Below are positions 47,823 through 56,284 of a DNA stretch of 64,000 nt, in pieces. The translations under genes and the position numbers were made by a program. Each line of letters opens with the position of its first letter. Position 1 is the first letter of the stretch. The notes under the pieces are model-generated. The model did not search any database and was not told where the DNA came from. It saw only the letters and a program-made list of their open reading frames with translations. Source of the stretch: Gaiellaceae bacterium. Its GTDB lineage: Bacteria; Actinomycetota; Thermoleophilia; Gaiellales; Gaiellaceae. The stretch spans positions 902-64,901 of the forward strand of contig DATMEO010000087.1 in assembly GCA_035556515.1 (NCBI GenBank), written 5' to 3'.

Positions 47823-48977
47823 GTGCTCGACCGCGCGCGCGAGGAGCAACCGGTGTTCTACGCGCCCGAGTTCGACCTCTGGGTTGTGACCCGCTACGAC
47901 GACGTCCTCGCAGTCGTCAAGGACCACGACACGTTCTCCTCCGCCGGCGCGCTGAAGTCGTCCCCAGAGCCGTTTCCGCCCGAGGTCGAGGCGGTGCTCG
48001 CGGAGGGCTGGCCGGCGATGCCGTACATCATCGAGATCGACCCGCCGCTGCACGACCGGATCCGCGGTCTCGTCACACGGGCGTTCACACCGAAGCGGAT
48101 CGCCGAGCTGGAGCCGCGGATTCAGGCGATCGCGACCGAGTTCGTCGACGAGCTGGCCCCCCTTGGGCGGGCCGACGTGATCGAGAAGGTCGCCTGGCCG
48201 CTGCCGCTACGGGTGCTCGGCGAGCTGCTCGGGTTCCCGCGCGAAGACCTCGCGCAGCTGCACGAGTGGGGAACGGACTGGCTGCTCCTGCAGCAGCCCG
48301 GAACCGTCGAGGAGCGGGTGCGGCACGCGCACGGGCTCGTCGCGCTCCAGCGCTACATGTTCGCCGCGCTCGAGGAGCGCGAGCGGGAGCCGCGCGACGA
48401 CCTCCTCGGCGCGCTGATGGCCGCACGCGCGGAGTCCGACGATCCGCTGCCGCTGGACGCCGTGGCCGGGCTGCCGCTCGACCTCGTCGTCGCCGGCCAC
48501 GTCACCGTGACACGGGCGATCGGGAGTGCGCTCGCGCTCGTCTTCCGCCATCCGGCGCTGGGCGAGCACCTGCTCGACCCCGAGCTCGCGCCGCTTGCGA
48601 TCGAGGAGATCCTTCGACTCGAGTCGCCCGCGCAGGGCCTCTTCCGCGTCACGACCCGAGCGACGGAGCTCGGCGGCGTCGAGCTGCCCGAGGGAGCCCG
48701 CGTGATGGCCCACTTCGGCTCGGCGAACCGCGACGAGTGTGTCTTCGCCGACGCCGGCCGCGTCGATCCGGAACGCGACGGCCTCGCCCGGCACCTCGCC
48801 TTCGGCAAGGGGATCCATTTCTGCATCGGCGCGCCGCTCGCGCGGCTCGAGCTGAGGATCGTGCTCCCGCTCCTCCTCCGGCGTCTCCCCGGACTGCGGC
48901 CGGTCGGCGACATGGCGCGCGAGCCCGTCTTCTTCGCGCGCGGCTTCCAGCGGCTGGTGATCGAATGGGACGTCTAG
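47823..48977 (+). CDS. cytochrome P450
   Basis: ExxR EEILRLESP. Heme loop FGKGIHFCIGAPLA. The first canonical start is GTG 47823, but P450-like N-terminal sequence continues upstream to the permease stop (see finding). Confidence 0.9.
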   Translation: MLDRAREEQPVFYAPEFDLWVVTRYDDVLAVVKDHDTFSSAGALKSSPEPFPPEVEAVLAEGWPAMPYIIEIDPPLHDRIRGLVTRAFTPKRIAELEPRIQAIATEFVDELAPLGRADVIEKVAWPLPLRVLGELLGFPREDLAQLHEWGTDWLLLQQPGTVEERVRHAHGLVALQRYMFAALEEREREPRDDLLGALMAARAESDDPLPLDAVAGLPLDLVVAGHVTVTRAIGSALALVFRHPALGEHLLDPELAPLAIEEILRLESPAQGLFRVTTRATELGGVELPEGARVMAHFGSANRDECVFADAGRVDPERDGLARHLAFGKGIHFCIGAPLARLELRIVLPLLLRRLPGLRPVGDMAREPVFFARGFQRLVIEWDV

Positions 48978-49651
48978 AGGCGGTCGACGACGCTCGCCCA
49001 CTCGGGCGTGCGCGGGTCGATCAGCTCGAAGTGGCCCGCGCCCGGCAACTCCAGCAACTCGACGTCAGCGGCCTGTGCGAAGGCCCGGCTGTAGTCGAAC
49101 GGGACGCGGTCGTCCTCGGTGCCGTGGGCGAGCAGCACGGGCACGGTCACGGGCAGCCGGCGCATTGGATCGGCGTGCGCCGGGGGCTCCGGACCCGCGA
49201 ACTCGACCGCGGCGTTCGCGCCGATGCCCTCGCGGGCGGCGCGCGCGAGATCGGTCACGCCGGCGAGCGCAACCGCCTTCTCGACCTTCCCCGTGCCGGC
49301 TGCCCAGAGCACGAGGTGGCCTCCCGCGGAGTGGCCGATCGCAACGCCGGAACCGGTCACGTCGAGCGCCGCCGCGGTGTCGGCGAGCGTGTTCTCGAGG
49401 CCGGTGCGCCGGTACTCGACGTTCCACGTCGTCCAGCCGCGCAGCGTGAGGTCGACCGCGAGGGCGCGTGTGTTCGAACGGGTGAAAGCGGGACGCCAGA
49501 AGCCGCCGTGGACGAGGATTGCGCTGCGGTCCCCGCCGCGCCTGACGTCGACCACCTGGTCGGGGTCCTCGCCGTAGGCGACCGTCTCGAAGCCGGGCTC
49601 GCGCTCTTCCGCCCAGGCGGCGAGCTCGGCGAGGAGAGCGTCGAGATCCAC
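48974..49651 (-). CDS. alpha/beta hydrolase (esterase/arylformamidase-like)
   Basis: HGGFW oxyanion-type motif, nucleophile elbow GHSAGGH, C-terminal HGTEDDRVP and GAGHF. GTG 49651. Confidence 0.8.
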   Translation of the reverse strand: MDLDALLAELAAWAEEREPGFETVAYGEDPDQVVDVRRGGDRSAILVHGGFWRPAFTRSNTRALAVDLTLRGWTTWNVEYRRTGLENTLADTAAALDVTGSGVAIGHSAGGHLVLWAAGTGKVEKAVALAGVTDLARAAREGIGANAAVEFAGPEPPAHADPMRRLPVTVPVLLAHGTEDDRVPFDYSRAFAQAADVELLELPGAGHFELIDPRTPEWASVVDRL

Positions 49652-49662
49652 CGGGCGAGTCT

Positions 49663-50376
49663 ATGAGCCGCGAGGTCGCGATCGTCACCGGGGGGTCGCG
49701 CGGGCTCGGTCTCGCCTACGTCGGCGGGTTGAGGGAAGCGGGCTTCGACGTCGTCGTCGCCGACCTGAGTGAGAGCGACGCAGCCGATCTGTACGTGCAC
49801 GTCGACGTCGCCGATCCAGAGTCGACGGAGGCGATGGCAAGCGCGGTCCTCGAGCGCTTCGGTCGCATCGACGTGCTGATCAACAACGCCGGCTATTTCA
49901 CGCAGATCGTCAAGAAGCCCTTCGAGGACCTGACCGTCGAGGAGTGGGATCTCGCTTTCTCGGTCAACGTCCGCGGAACCTGGCTCTGCTGCCGCGCGGT
50001 CGCACCGACGATGAAGGCGCAGCGCTCGGGGAAGATCGTCAACACCTCGTCGATGACAGTGCCGAGCGGGATTCCCGGCTTTCTCCACTACGTCGCGTCG
50101 AAGTCCGCGATCGTCGGGCTCACCCGGGCACTCGCGCGCGAGCTCGGCGAGTGGGGGATCTGCGTCAACACGATCAGCCCTGACTACGTGCCGCACGACC
50201 CCGACTACGCCGGGCGCCAGCCCGAGATGGCCGCGGCTATCGCGAGCCAGCGCGCGTTCAAGCGCGACCAGGTGCCCGAGGACCTCGTCGGCACTGTCCT
50301 CTTCCTCGCGGGACACGGCTCCGACTTCGTCACCGGCCAGGATCTCTGGGTGAACGGCGGCCGGCTCTTCAACTAG
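49663..50376 (+). CDS. SDR family oxidoreductase (3-oxoacyl-ACP reductase-like)
   Basis: VTGGSRGLGLA, NNAG, YVASKSA. Confidence 0.9.
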   Translation: MSREVAIVTGGSRGLGLAYVGGLREAGFDVVVADLSESDAADLYVHVDVADPESTEAMASAVLERFGRIDVLINNAGYFTQIVKKPFEDLTVEEWDLAFSVNVRGTWLCCRAVAPTMKAQRSGKIVNTSSMTVPSGIPGFLHYVASKSAIVGLTRALARELGEWGICVNTISPDYVPHDPDYAGRQPEMAAAIASQRAFKRDQVPEDLVGTVLFLAGHGSDFVTGQDLWVNGGRLFN

Positions 50377-51068
50377 CTAGCCAGGCTGTGGACCCGGTCG
50401 GCCGCGTCGGCTGTGATCGGGTCGCCGTGGCCGACGCCGACGATCGCTGCGTCGAGCCCGGCCATGCGGCGGATCGACTCGGCGTGCTGCTCTGGGTTGA
50501 GCGTGAACGCCGGCCAGCCCGCCTCGAAGCGCGGCCACGTCGCGATCGCGTCGCCCGAGAGCAGCAGCTTGTGCTCGGGCCAGGAGAAGGCGAGGTGACC
50601 GGGCGAGTGACCGGGCACGTGGAGCACGCGCAAAGGGCCGACCGCGTCGCCGTCGCCGACGCTCTCGTCGATCGGGACCGGCCGGTGCTTCGGCCGGTTG
50701 AGGAAGATCCCGACCTGGAACGGGTACGTGCGCAGCGGCGCCGTCGGCTTCAGCCCGACCGGCTGCGCCGGCCGGTCGCCGGAGATGATGTCGGCCTCCG
50801 ACTCGTGTGCGAGCACGGTGGCGCCCGTCTCCCGCTTCAGCGCGGCCAGCCCGCCGAGGTGGGAGCGGTGTGCGTGCGTGAGCACGATCCGCCTCAGATC
50901 GCCGGGTTTGCGGCCGAGCCGCCTGATCGCGTCGAGGACGCCGCGGGCGTCGTTCTCGAAGAGCGTGTCGACGAGCGAGAGCTCGCCGTTCATGTCGACC
51001 AGATACGCACGGACGCGGCCGCCCTTCTTGGCGCCGAGCATGTGCACGCCGGGCGCGAGCTCCCTCAC
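50373..51068 (-). CDS. MBL-fold metallo-hydrolase
   Basis: LTHAHRSHLGG (HxHxxH variant), VPGHSPGH, GHGDP. GTG 51068 overlaps the peroxidase stop (GTGA). ATG 51086 is an alternative start. Confidence 0.85.
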   Translation of the reverse strand: MRELAPGVHMLGAKKGGRVRAYLVDMNGELSLVDTLFENDARGVLDAIRRLGRKPGDLRRIVLTHAHRSHLGGLAALKRETGATVLAHESEADIISGDRPAQPVGLKPTAPLRTYPFQVGIFLNRPKHRPVPIDESVGDGDAVGPLRVLHVPGHSPGHLAFSWPEHKLLLSGDAIATWPRFEAGWPAFTLNPEQHAESIRRMAGLDAAIVGVGHGDPITADAADRVHSLAS

Positions 51069-52864
51069 GCGGAGACCCTCTTCCACGGGGCGAAGGCATT
51101 GTCGACGCCGCGCAGCGCCGGCTCGAGCGCCGGATAGTGGCGCAGCAGCACGTCGCCCATGCTCGTCTCGTCGATCCAGTCGAGCCCTGTCTGCGTGTAT
51201 GTCTCCGCGTTGTAGTCGCGGGTGAAGAAGCGGTCGCTCTTTAGCCGCCGCGACGCCATCAGGATGAAGACGCGAAAGGCGGTGTCGCTGAAGCCGAAGC
51301 CCTTCGGCAGCGGCTCCGCGTAGAGCCCGACCATCAGGTCGACCTTCTCGACGTCGCCGTAGACCTCACGCAGCTCCCGCGCCCACTCGGGATTGTCGGT
51401 CAGCTCCTCGAACGTCTCCGCGGGCTTGAGGTGGAAGAGGCGCCGGAACTCGTTGTAGCGGGGAACGCCGCGCTCGCGGATCCGGAGCACGTCGATCGCG
51501 GCGAGGTCGACGAGGGTGCCGTCCGGCTTGTGCAGCTCCTGCAGGAAGCGCGGATAGTTGTGCAGTGTGATCGCGCCCGGGTGTGCGATCCCGAACGAGT
51601 AGAGCGAGTCGACGAAGCCGACCTCGTCGAGGCGGGCGCGGACGTCGTTGACGCCGAGCTCACGGAACGTCCGCTCCTGCAGCACCTCGTCCGTCTCGAT
51701 CGACCTGAAGGTGAAGTCATCGGGGAGGAGCGGGTGCATCCGGTAGACGGCGACGAACTCCTCGGTGAGCGAGTAGGGGACGCCATGGTGGTCGGTCGCC
51801 GAGCCGGGAATGCCGCCGAGCACCTCGTTCGAGCTTCGCTTCCCCAGCCGCTTGCCGAGGATGCCGTACCAGTTGGCGCGCATCGCGTACGTGGTCGTCG
51901 GGTGGGCGATGATCGCTGGTGTCCACTCGACGGTGTGGATCTTCGCCATCAGCGCCGCCGTGATCAGCCGCGCCGTTGCGAAGAGCCGGTCGTCCGTCCA
52001 CTCGGGGTGCTCGGCCGCGAGCCGGCCGGCGATCGCGTTGTGCTCGTGGCTGAAGAGCGTGTGCAGGAGCGCGAGCCCGAGCCAGAAGTTGCCGGCGACG
52101 CCGGTCAGGTCGACCTTGGCGTCGAGGTCGCGCGGCAGCTGGCCGTCGGCGTCGAGCCGGAGGCGGCCGCCCGTTCCTTCGCGGAGCGCGCTCGTGATCG
52201 CCGGCTCGCTGCCGTAGATCTGCGAGCCGTCCCACCAGTGCGAGTCGGTCGTCACCCACGTCGCGGCGCCGCCGTTCGCGTCCGGGAACGGGTCGGTGCG
52301 CGTGCGCTCGATCCGCATCGGCCGCTCGCGCCACGGATCGTCGCCGTCGAGCTCGAGCTCGAACGGTTGCTCGGGCAGGTTCTTGCCGTGGCTGAACCAG
52401 TCGTGCACCTCGAACTGAAGCCACGCGCCGGCGAGCACGTTCACGATCGTGGCCGGCTTGAACTCGTCGCGCGTCAGCAGCCGCCGGCTGACGAGGCGCG
52501 GACTCGGGTCGAGCAGGCCCGGCAGCGTCTCGGGATGGGTGCTGCCGAGTGGGACGTTGCGCCCAAAGCGGGCGCCGATCATGCCCATCGCCGGGCTGTC
52601 GAGGTCGTTGAAGCTCCCGTCGACCGTGCGTGCGTTGGGGGGACCGCCGTTCGGAGCGGCCTTCGCACCGCCGGCGCCGGTGTCGTGCAGATTCTCCTCG
52701 CGCAGGCGCGTCCGCAGGCCGACGAGCGTCAGCACGCCGAGCGGCCGCGGCAGGCGATCCCAGCCGAAGCGCCGGTCGAGCGCGCCGGCGGTCGCGGTCA
52801 GCAGCTTCGAGAGAGGACGGAACACGGCCCGACCGATGAAAACATTGCCTGTTGGCGGCGTCAA
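51065..52864 (-). CDS. heme peroxidase-cyclooxygenase superfamily protein, fatty-acid alpha-dioxygenase/COX-like
   Basis: Distal His motif WLQFEVHDWFSHG (His codon 52403-52405). LFSHEHNAI. HGVPYSLTEEFVAVYRMHPLLPDDF, with Tyr (51743-51745) and proximal His (51734-51736) spaced as in the COX motif Y-H-W-H. TTG 52864 overlaps the AAA+ stop (TTGA). Confidence 0.88.
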   Translation of the reverse strand: MTPPTGNVFIGRAVFRPLSKLLTATAGALDRRFGWDRLPRPLGVLTLVGLRTRLREENLHDTGAGGAKAAPNGGPPNARTVDGSFNDLDSPAMGMIGARFGRNVPLGSTHPETLPGLLDPSPRLVSRRLLTRDEFKPATIVNVLAGAWLQFEVHDWFSHGKNLPEQPFELELDGDDPWRERPMRIERTRTDPFPDANGGAATWVTTDSHWWDGSQIYGSEPAITSALREGTGGRLRLDADGQLPRDLDAKVDLTGVAGNFWLGLALLHTLFSHEHNAIAGRLAAEHPEWTDDRLFATARLITAALMAKIHTVEWTPAIIAHPTTTYAMRANWYGILGKRLGKRSSNEVLGGIPGSATDHHGVPYSLTEEFVAVYRMHPLLPDDFTFRSIETDEVLQERTFRELGVNDVRARLDEVGFVDSLYSFGIAHPGAITLHNYPRFLQELHKPDGTLVDLAAIDVLRIRERGVPRYNEFRRLFHLKPAETFEELTDNPEWARELREVYGDVEKVDLMVGLYAEPLPKGFGFSDTAFRVFILMASRRLKSDRFFTRDYNAETYTQTGLDWIDETSMGDVLLRHYPALEPALRGVDNAFAPWKRVSA

Positions 52865-53868
52865 CCGAGCCAGCGGCGGCGCTTCGGGCGTGCGTCGGTG
52901 CTCTCGCCGAGCACGCGCGCCGCCTCGAGCAGGTCGTCGGCCTCGAGCGTCGTCACCTCGTCGAGGCGGAGCTCCTCCAGCGCCCGGCCTTCGACCTGGG
53001 CAAGCCGCAGCGCCTGGCGGTTGAGCGCCTGCTCGAAGATCGTGCGCGCGTAGCGGGCGTTGCCGAAGCCCTCGCCGCGGGCGGCGCCGGCGAAGATGCG
53101 CTCGAGGGCGTCGTCGGCACCCGGCCCGAGCTCGTACTCGTGCTCGGCCGCCAGCCGGCGCGTAATCTCGAGCAGGTCGCCGGTCGAGTAGTCCGGGAAC
53201 GAGATCTCGCGGGCGAAGCGCGAGCGCAGGCCCGGATTGGAGTCGAGCAAGGCGCGCATCAGCCGCGGATAGCCGGCGACGATGACGACGAGGCGATGGC
53301 GGTGGTCCTCCATTCGCTTCAGCAGCGTCTCGACCGCCTCGGCGCCGAAGTCGAGCCGCCCGTCGCCTCCGCCCGGTGTCAGCGCGTAGGCCTCGTCGAT
53401 GAAGAGGACACCGTCGAGCGCGCGGCGGATCGCCCGGTCGGTCTTGATCGCCGTCTGGCCGACGTACTGGCCGACCAGTGACGCGCGATCGACCTCGACG
53501 AGATGGCCCTTCTCGAGTAGCCCCATCGCGCCGTACATCTCGGCGAGCAGGCGCGCCACCGTCGTCTTGCCGGTGCCGGGGTTGCCGAGGAAGACGAGGT
53601 GCTGGCTCGTCGCCACTTCGGGCAGGTCGTGCTCCTTGCGGCGGGCCTGTACCTGCAGGAACGCGAGCAGAGCGTGTACCTGCTCCTTGACCGTCTCGAG
53701 CCCGACGAGACCGTCGAGCTCCGCCTGCAGCTCCGTCAGCGGCCGCGGCGGCGTCGCCCTCGGCCCGAGGCCGAGCAGGTCCTCGAGCTCGGGACCGGCG
53801 GTTCGGCGCAGCTGGTCGCCGATCTGGCGCGCGGCGCCGCGGAGATTCTCGATCGGATTCGGAGGCAT
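52861..53868 (-). CDS. AAA+ ATPase, CbbX/SpoVK/EccA-like
   Basis: Walker A GNPGTGKTTVA, Walker B VLFIDEAYAL, sensor/arginine region SNPGLRSRF. Confidence 0.9.
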   Translation of the reverse strand: MPPNPIENLRGAARQIGDQLRRTAGPELEDLLGLGPRATPPRPLTELQAELDGLVGLETVKEQVHALLAFLQVQARRKEHDLPEVATSQHLVFLGNPGTGKTTVARLLAEMYGAMGLLEKGHLVEVDRASLVGQYVGQTAIKTDRAIRRALDGVLFIDEAYALTPGGGDGRLDFGAEAVETLLKRMEDHRHRLVVIVAGYPRLMRALLDSNPGLRSRFAREISFPDYSTGDLLEITRRLAAEHEYELGPGADDALERIFAGAARGEGFGNARYARTIFEQALNRQALRLAQVEGRALEELRLDEVTTLEADDLLEAARVLGESTDARPKRRRWLG

Positions 53869-53887
53869 GAGCCGGGTGTACCCGCGG

Positions 53888-54514
53888 TCAGCGTTCCTCT
53901 AGCGCCCGCCGCAGCTCGGACACCTGTTGCTCGAGCCGGGCGACTCGCTGCTCGAGGGACGGGGAAGCTTGTGTCTGATAGACACTTTCGACGTTTGACG
54001 AACGTTCCGGCTCGGGCGGCACCGGCGCGTCCTCGCCGCCGAGGAGCTGGCGCCACCGGTCCTGGCTCTGGCCGGCGCGGCGCGGGAGCTTCTCGGCGAG
54101 CTCGGCCGCAGCCAGCGCGTCGAGCGCCTGCTCGACGTCCTCGATCGATCCGTACGGATAGAGCCGCTCGACGCGCTGCTTCAGCTCGCCGGGCGTCTGC
54201 GCGCCACGGAGCATCAGCACGGCGAGCAGTGCGATCTGGGAGGGGACACGGCCGAGCGCGTCGTCGAGCAGATGGCGGTACTTGGCCACGCGGCTCCCCG
54301 GCCCGCTCGCGAGCCGCACCCAGCCGCGCCGCGAGAGGCGGTCGAGTGCCGCGCGGATCTCCGTTTCGTCGTAGTCGGCGACCGGATCGCGGTTGGTCGC
54401 CTGATTGCAGGCGAGCCGAAGCGCGTTCAGCGAGAGCGGGTACTGATCGGGCGTCGTCCGCTGCTTCTCGACCAGGCAGCCGAGTACCCGAATCTCAACG
54501 GCGTCCGCGTCCAC
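53888..54514 (-). CDS. YceH/DUF480 family protein
   Basis: Collinear with E. coli YceH as I remember it: RVLGCLVEKQRTTPDQYPLSLNAL..ACNQATNRDPV and LLAVLMLRGAQTPGELKQR, with a C-terminal coiled coil. GTG 54514. Confidence 0.85.
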   Translation of the reverse strand: MDADAVEIRVLGCLVEKQRTTPDQYPLSLNALRLACNQATNRDPVADYDETEIRAALDRLSRRGWVRLASGPGSRVAKYRHLLDDALGRVPSQIALLAVLMLRGAQTPGELKQRVERLYPYGSIEDVEQALDALAAAELAEKLPRRAGQSQDRWRQLLGGEDAPVPPEPERSSNVESVYQTQASPSLEQRVARLEQQVSELRRALEER

Positions 54515-54541
54515 GGGCGAAACCGTAGCGCCGCAGCGCGG

Positions 54542-54694
54542 TCAGCTGAGCGGGCTGTGCCGCGGTCCCCGCGGCGTCGTGCTGCGCCGGCCCCACTCCT
54601 CGATCGACCTGCCGGCGGCGCGGATGCCGCCGCACCAGGCGAAGCCGAAGAGCACGAGGAGATAGAGGACGAGGATGACGATCCAGTCGCGCAT
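54542..54694 (-). CDS. possible small membrane protein (50 aa), absent from the supplied ORF track (below its size cutoff)
   Basis: AAGGAGG lies 4 nt upstream of ATG 54694. Product MRDWIVILVLYLLVLFGFAWCGGIRAAGRSIEEWGRRSTTPRGPRHSPLS. GC3-rich. TGA 54542-54544. It sits 27 nt upstream of the DUF480 gene. Confidence 0.45.
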   Translation of the reverse strand: MRDWIVILVLYLLVLFGFAWCGGIRAAGRSIEEWGRRSTTPRGPRHSPLS

Positions 54695-54755
54695 CGAACC
54701 TCCTTCGGCCTCATTGTCGCACGGGAGCCTCTGGTCCGCATTCGCGAAACCCCCG

Positions 54756-54823
54756 CGGGGGCCGCTGAGCGGCCCCCTTCAGGGATCTTCGCGCTGAGCG
54801 TCCGCCTGAGGCGGATGCTCAGC
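54756..54823. repeat. bipartite hairpin repeat, copy 3
   Basis: Sequence CGGGGGCCGCTGAGCGGCCCCCTTCAGGGATCTTCGCGCTGAGCGTCCGCCTGAGGCGGATGCTCAGC. Hairpin 2 is GCTGAGCGTCCGCC/GGCGGATGCTCAGC (14 bp, with the same G/A mismatch as copy 1). It contains the TGA stop (54819-54821) of the FAD oxidase gene. Confidence 0.6.
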
Positions 54824-56204
54824 TTGCGGGCGGAACAGGATGGTTCGAGCGGATTAGATCCGTCGGGTCGACGATCGCCTTGATCCGGCGCAGGCGGTGG
54901 TAGCTCGCGCTCGAGAAGAGCGAGGCCGCCTTCCGCCGGGACTCGGCGAAGTTGAGGTAGGTGTGGTCTGCCTCCCACGGCTCGAGCGTTCCGCGCAGCC
55001 GCGCGACGGCGCCGTTGACGGCCTCACGGGCCTCGGGCGTCGGGGCGATCCCGATCGCGAACATCACGTACGGAGCCTCCCAGGCGTCGACGGCGCCGTG
55101 GCGGGAATCGCGCCGTGCGACCGCGCCGCCGAGGTGCCGGAGCTCTGCCGAGAGAATCGGCGAGCCGACGACCTGTTCGACGAAGAGGTCGATCAGGTGG
55201 CCGTCTACGTCGTCCAGCATGCCACCGTCACCGGTGCCGGGTGCGGGCCCCTCGGGATCCATGTGCAGCCGGCTCAGCTCCTCGACCGGGATCGTCATCA
55301 CCGTGTCCATCACCGGCCCGAGCGCGCGAAGCGGCTCCAGCCACGCTGCGCCCTCGGCCGGCTCGCCCGACCAGATCGCCTGGACGACCACGAACGACTG
55401 GCCGCGGACGGGCTCCGGGATCTCCGGGATCGGTGGGAACTGGAGGATCCGGCCGACCGACGTCATCTCGTCCGGCAGGTCGTCGGTCCACGCGCGCCAC
55501 GCCTTCAGGATCTCGGCCGCGCGGTCGACGGGATACCAGAGGATGCCCGCGTAGACCTGCGAGATCGGGAAGAGGTTGAACTCGATCGCGGTCACGATCC
55601 CGAAGGAACCGCCGCCGCCGCGAAGTGCCCAGAACAGGTCGGGCTCGTTGGCCCAGTCGGTGCGGACGACGTCGCCGGAGGCCGTGACGACCTCGATCGC
55701 GGTCACCTGGTTGGCGCCGATGCCATGGTTGCGCGCGAGCCAGGACAGGCCGCCGCCGAGCGTGTAGCCGACGACACCGACATCGGGCGAGGAGCCCGCG
55801 AGGGCGGCGAGACCGTGCTCGGCCGCAGCCTCGACAACCTCGATCCAGATCACGCCCGCCTCGGCGCGTGCGATCCGGTTCTCCGGGTCGACCGTGACGC
55901 CGCGCATCCGCTCGGTCTTGAGCAGGATCGTGTCGGACATGTCGCCCATCGCCGCGGCGCCGTGGCCGGTGCCCTGGGGGGCGATCCGGAGGCCGTGGGC
56001 CTTGGCGAACGCGACCGTGGCGGCGACGTCGGCAGCCGACTCGGGCAGCACGACGGCCGCCGGGTTCTGGTCGACGGTCAGGTTCCAGGCGAGGCGGGCC
56101 TCGTCCCACTCGACGTCGCCGGGTGCGACCGCGTCGCCGTCCAGCAGGTTCCGCAGCGGGCCGACGTCGAGCCCGGTCTCACGCCTTGTCAGGATTTCGG
56201 TCAT
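54819..56204 (-). CDS. FAD-binding (PCMH/FAD_binding_4, BBE-like) oxidoreductase
   Basis: VVLPESAADVAATVAFAKAHGLRIAPQGTGHG, VGVVGYTLGGGLSW, and a C-terminal BBE-like region. Confidence 0.9.
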   Translation of the reverse strand: MTEILTRRETGLDVGPLRNLLDGDAVAPGDVEWDEARLAWNLTVDQNPAAVVLPESAADVAATVAFAKAHGLRIAPQGTGHGAAAMGDMSDTILLKTERMRGVTVDPENRIARAEAGVIWIEVVEAAAEHGLAALAGSSPDVGVVGYTLGGGLSWLARNHGIGANQVTAIEVVTASGDVVRTDWANEPDLFWALRGGGGSFGIVTAIEFNLFPISQVYAGILWYPVDRAAEILKAWRAWTDDLPDEMTSVGRILQFPPIPEIPEPVRGQSFVVVQAIWSGEPAEGAAWLEPLRALGPVMDTVMTIPVEELSRLHMDPEGPAPGTGDGGMLDDVDGHLIDLFVEQVVGSPILSAELRHLGGAVARRDSRHGAVDAWEAPYVMFAIGIAPTPEAREAVNGAVARLRGTLEPWEADHTYLNFAESRRKAASLFSSASYHRLRRIKAIVDPTDLIRSNHPVPPAS

Positions 56205-56284
56205 ACGTGGTCACCTCCGTAGCAGTGATCACATGCTGCGGTCCGGCAGGGGTCGGGCGCATCGGCCCGCGGACGGAACTCGCG

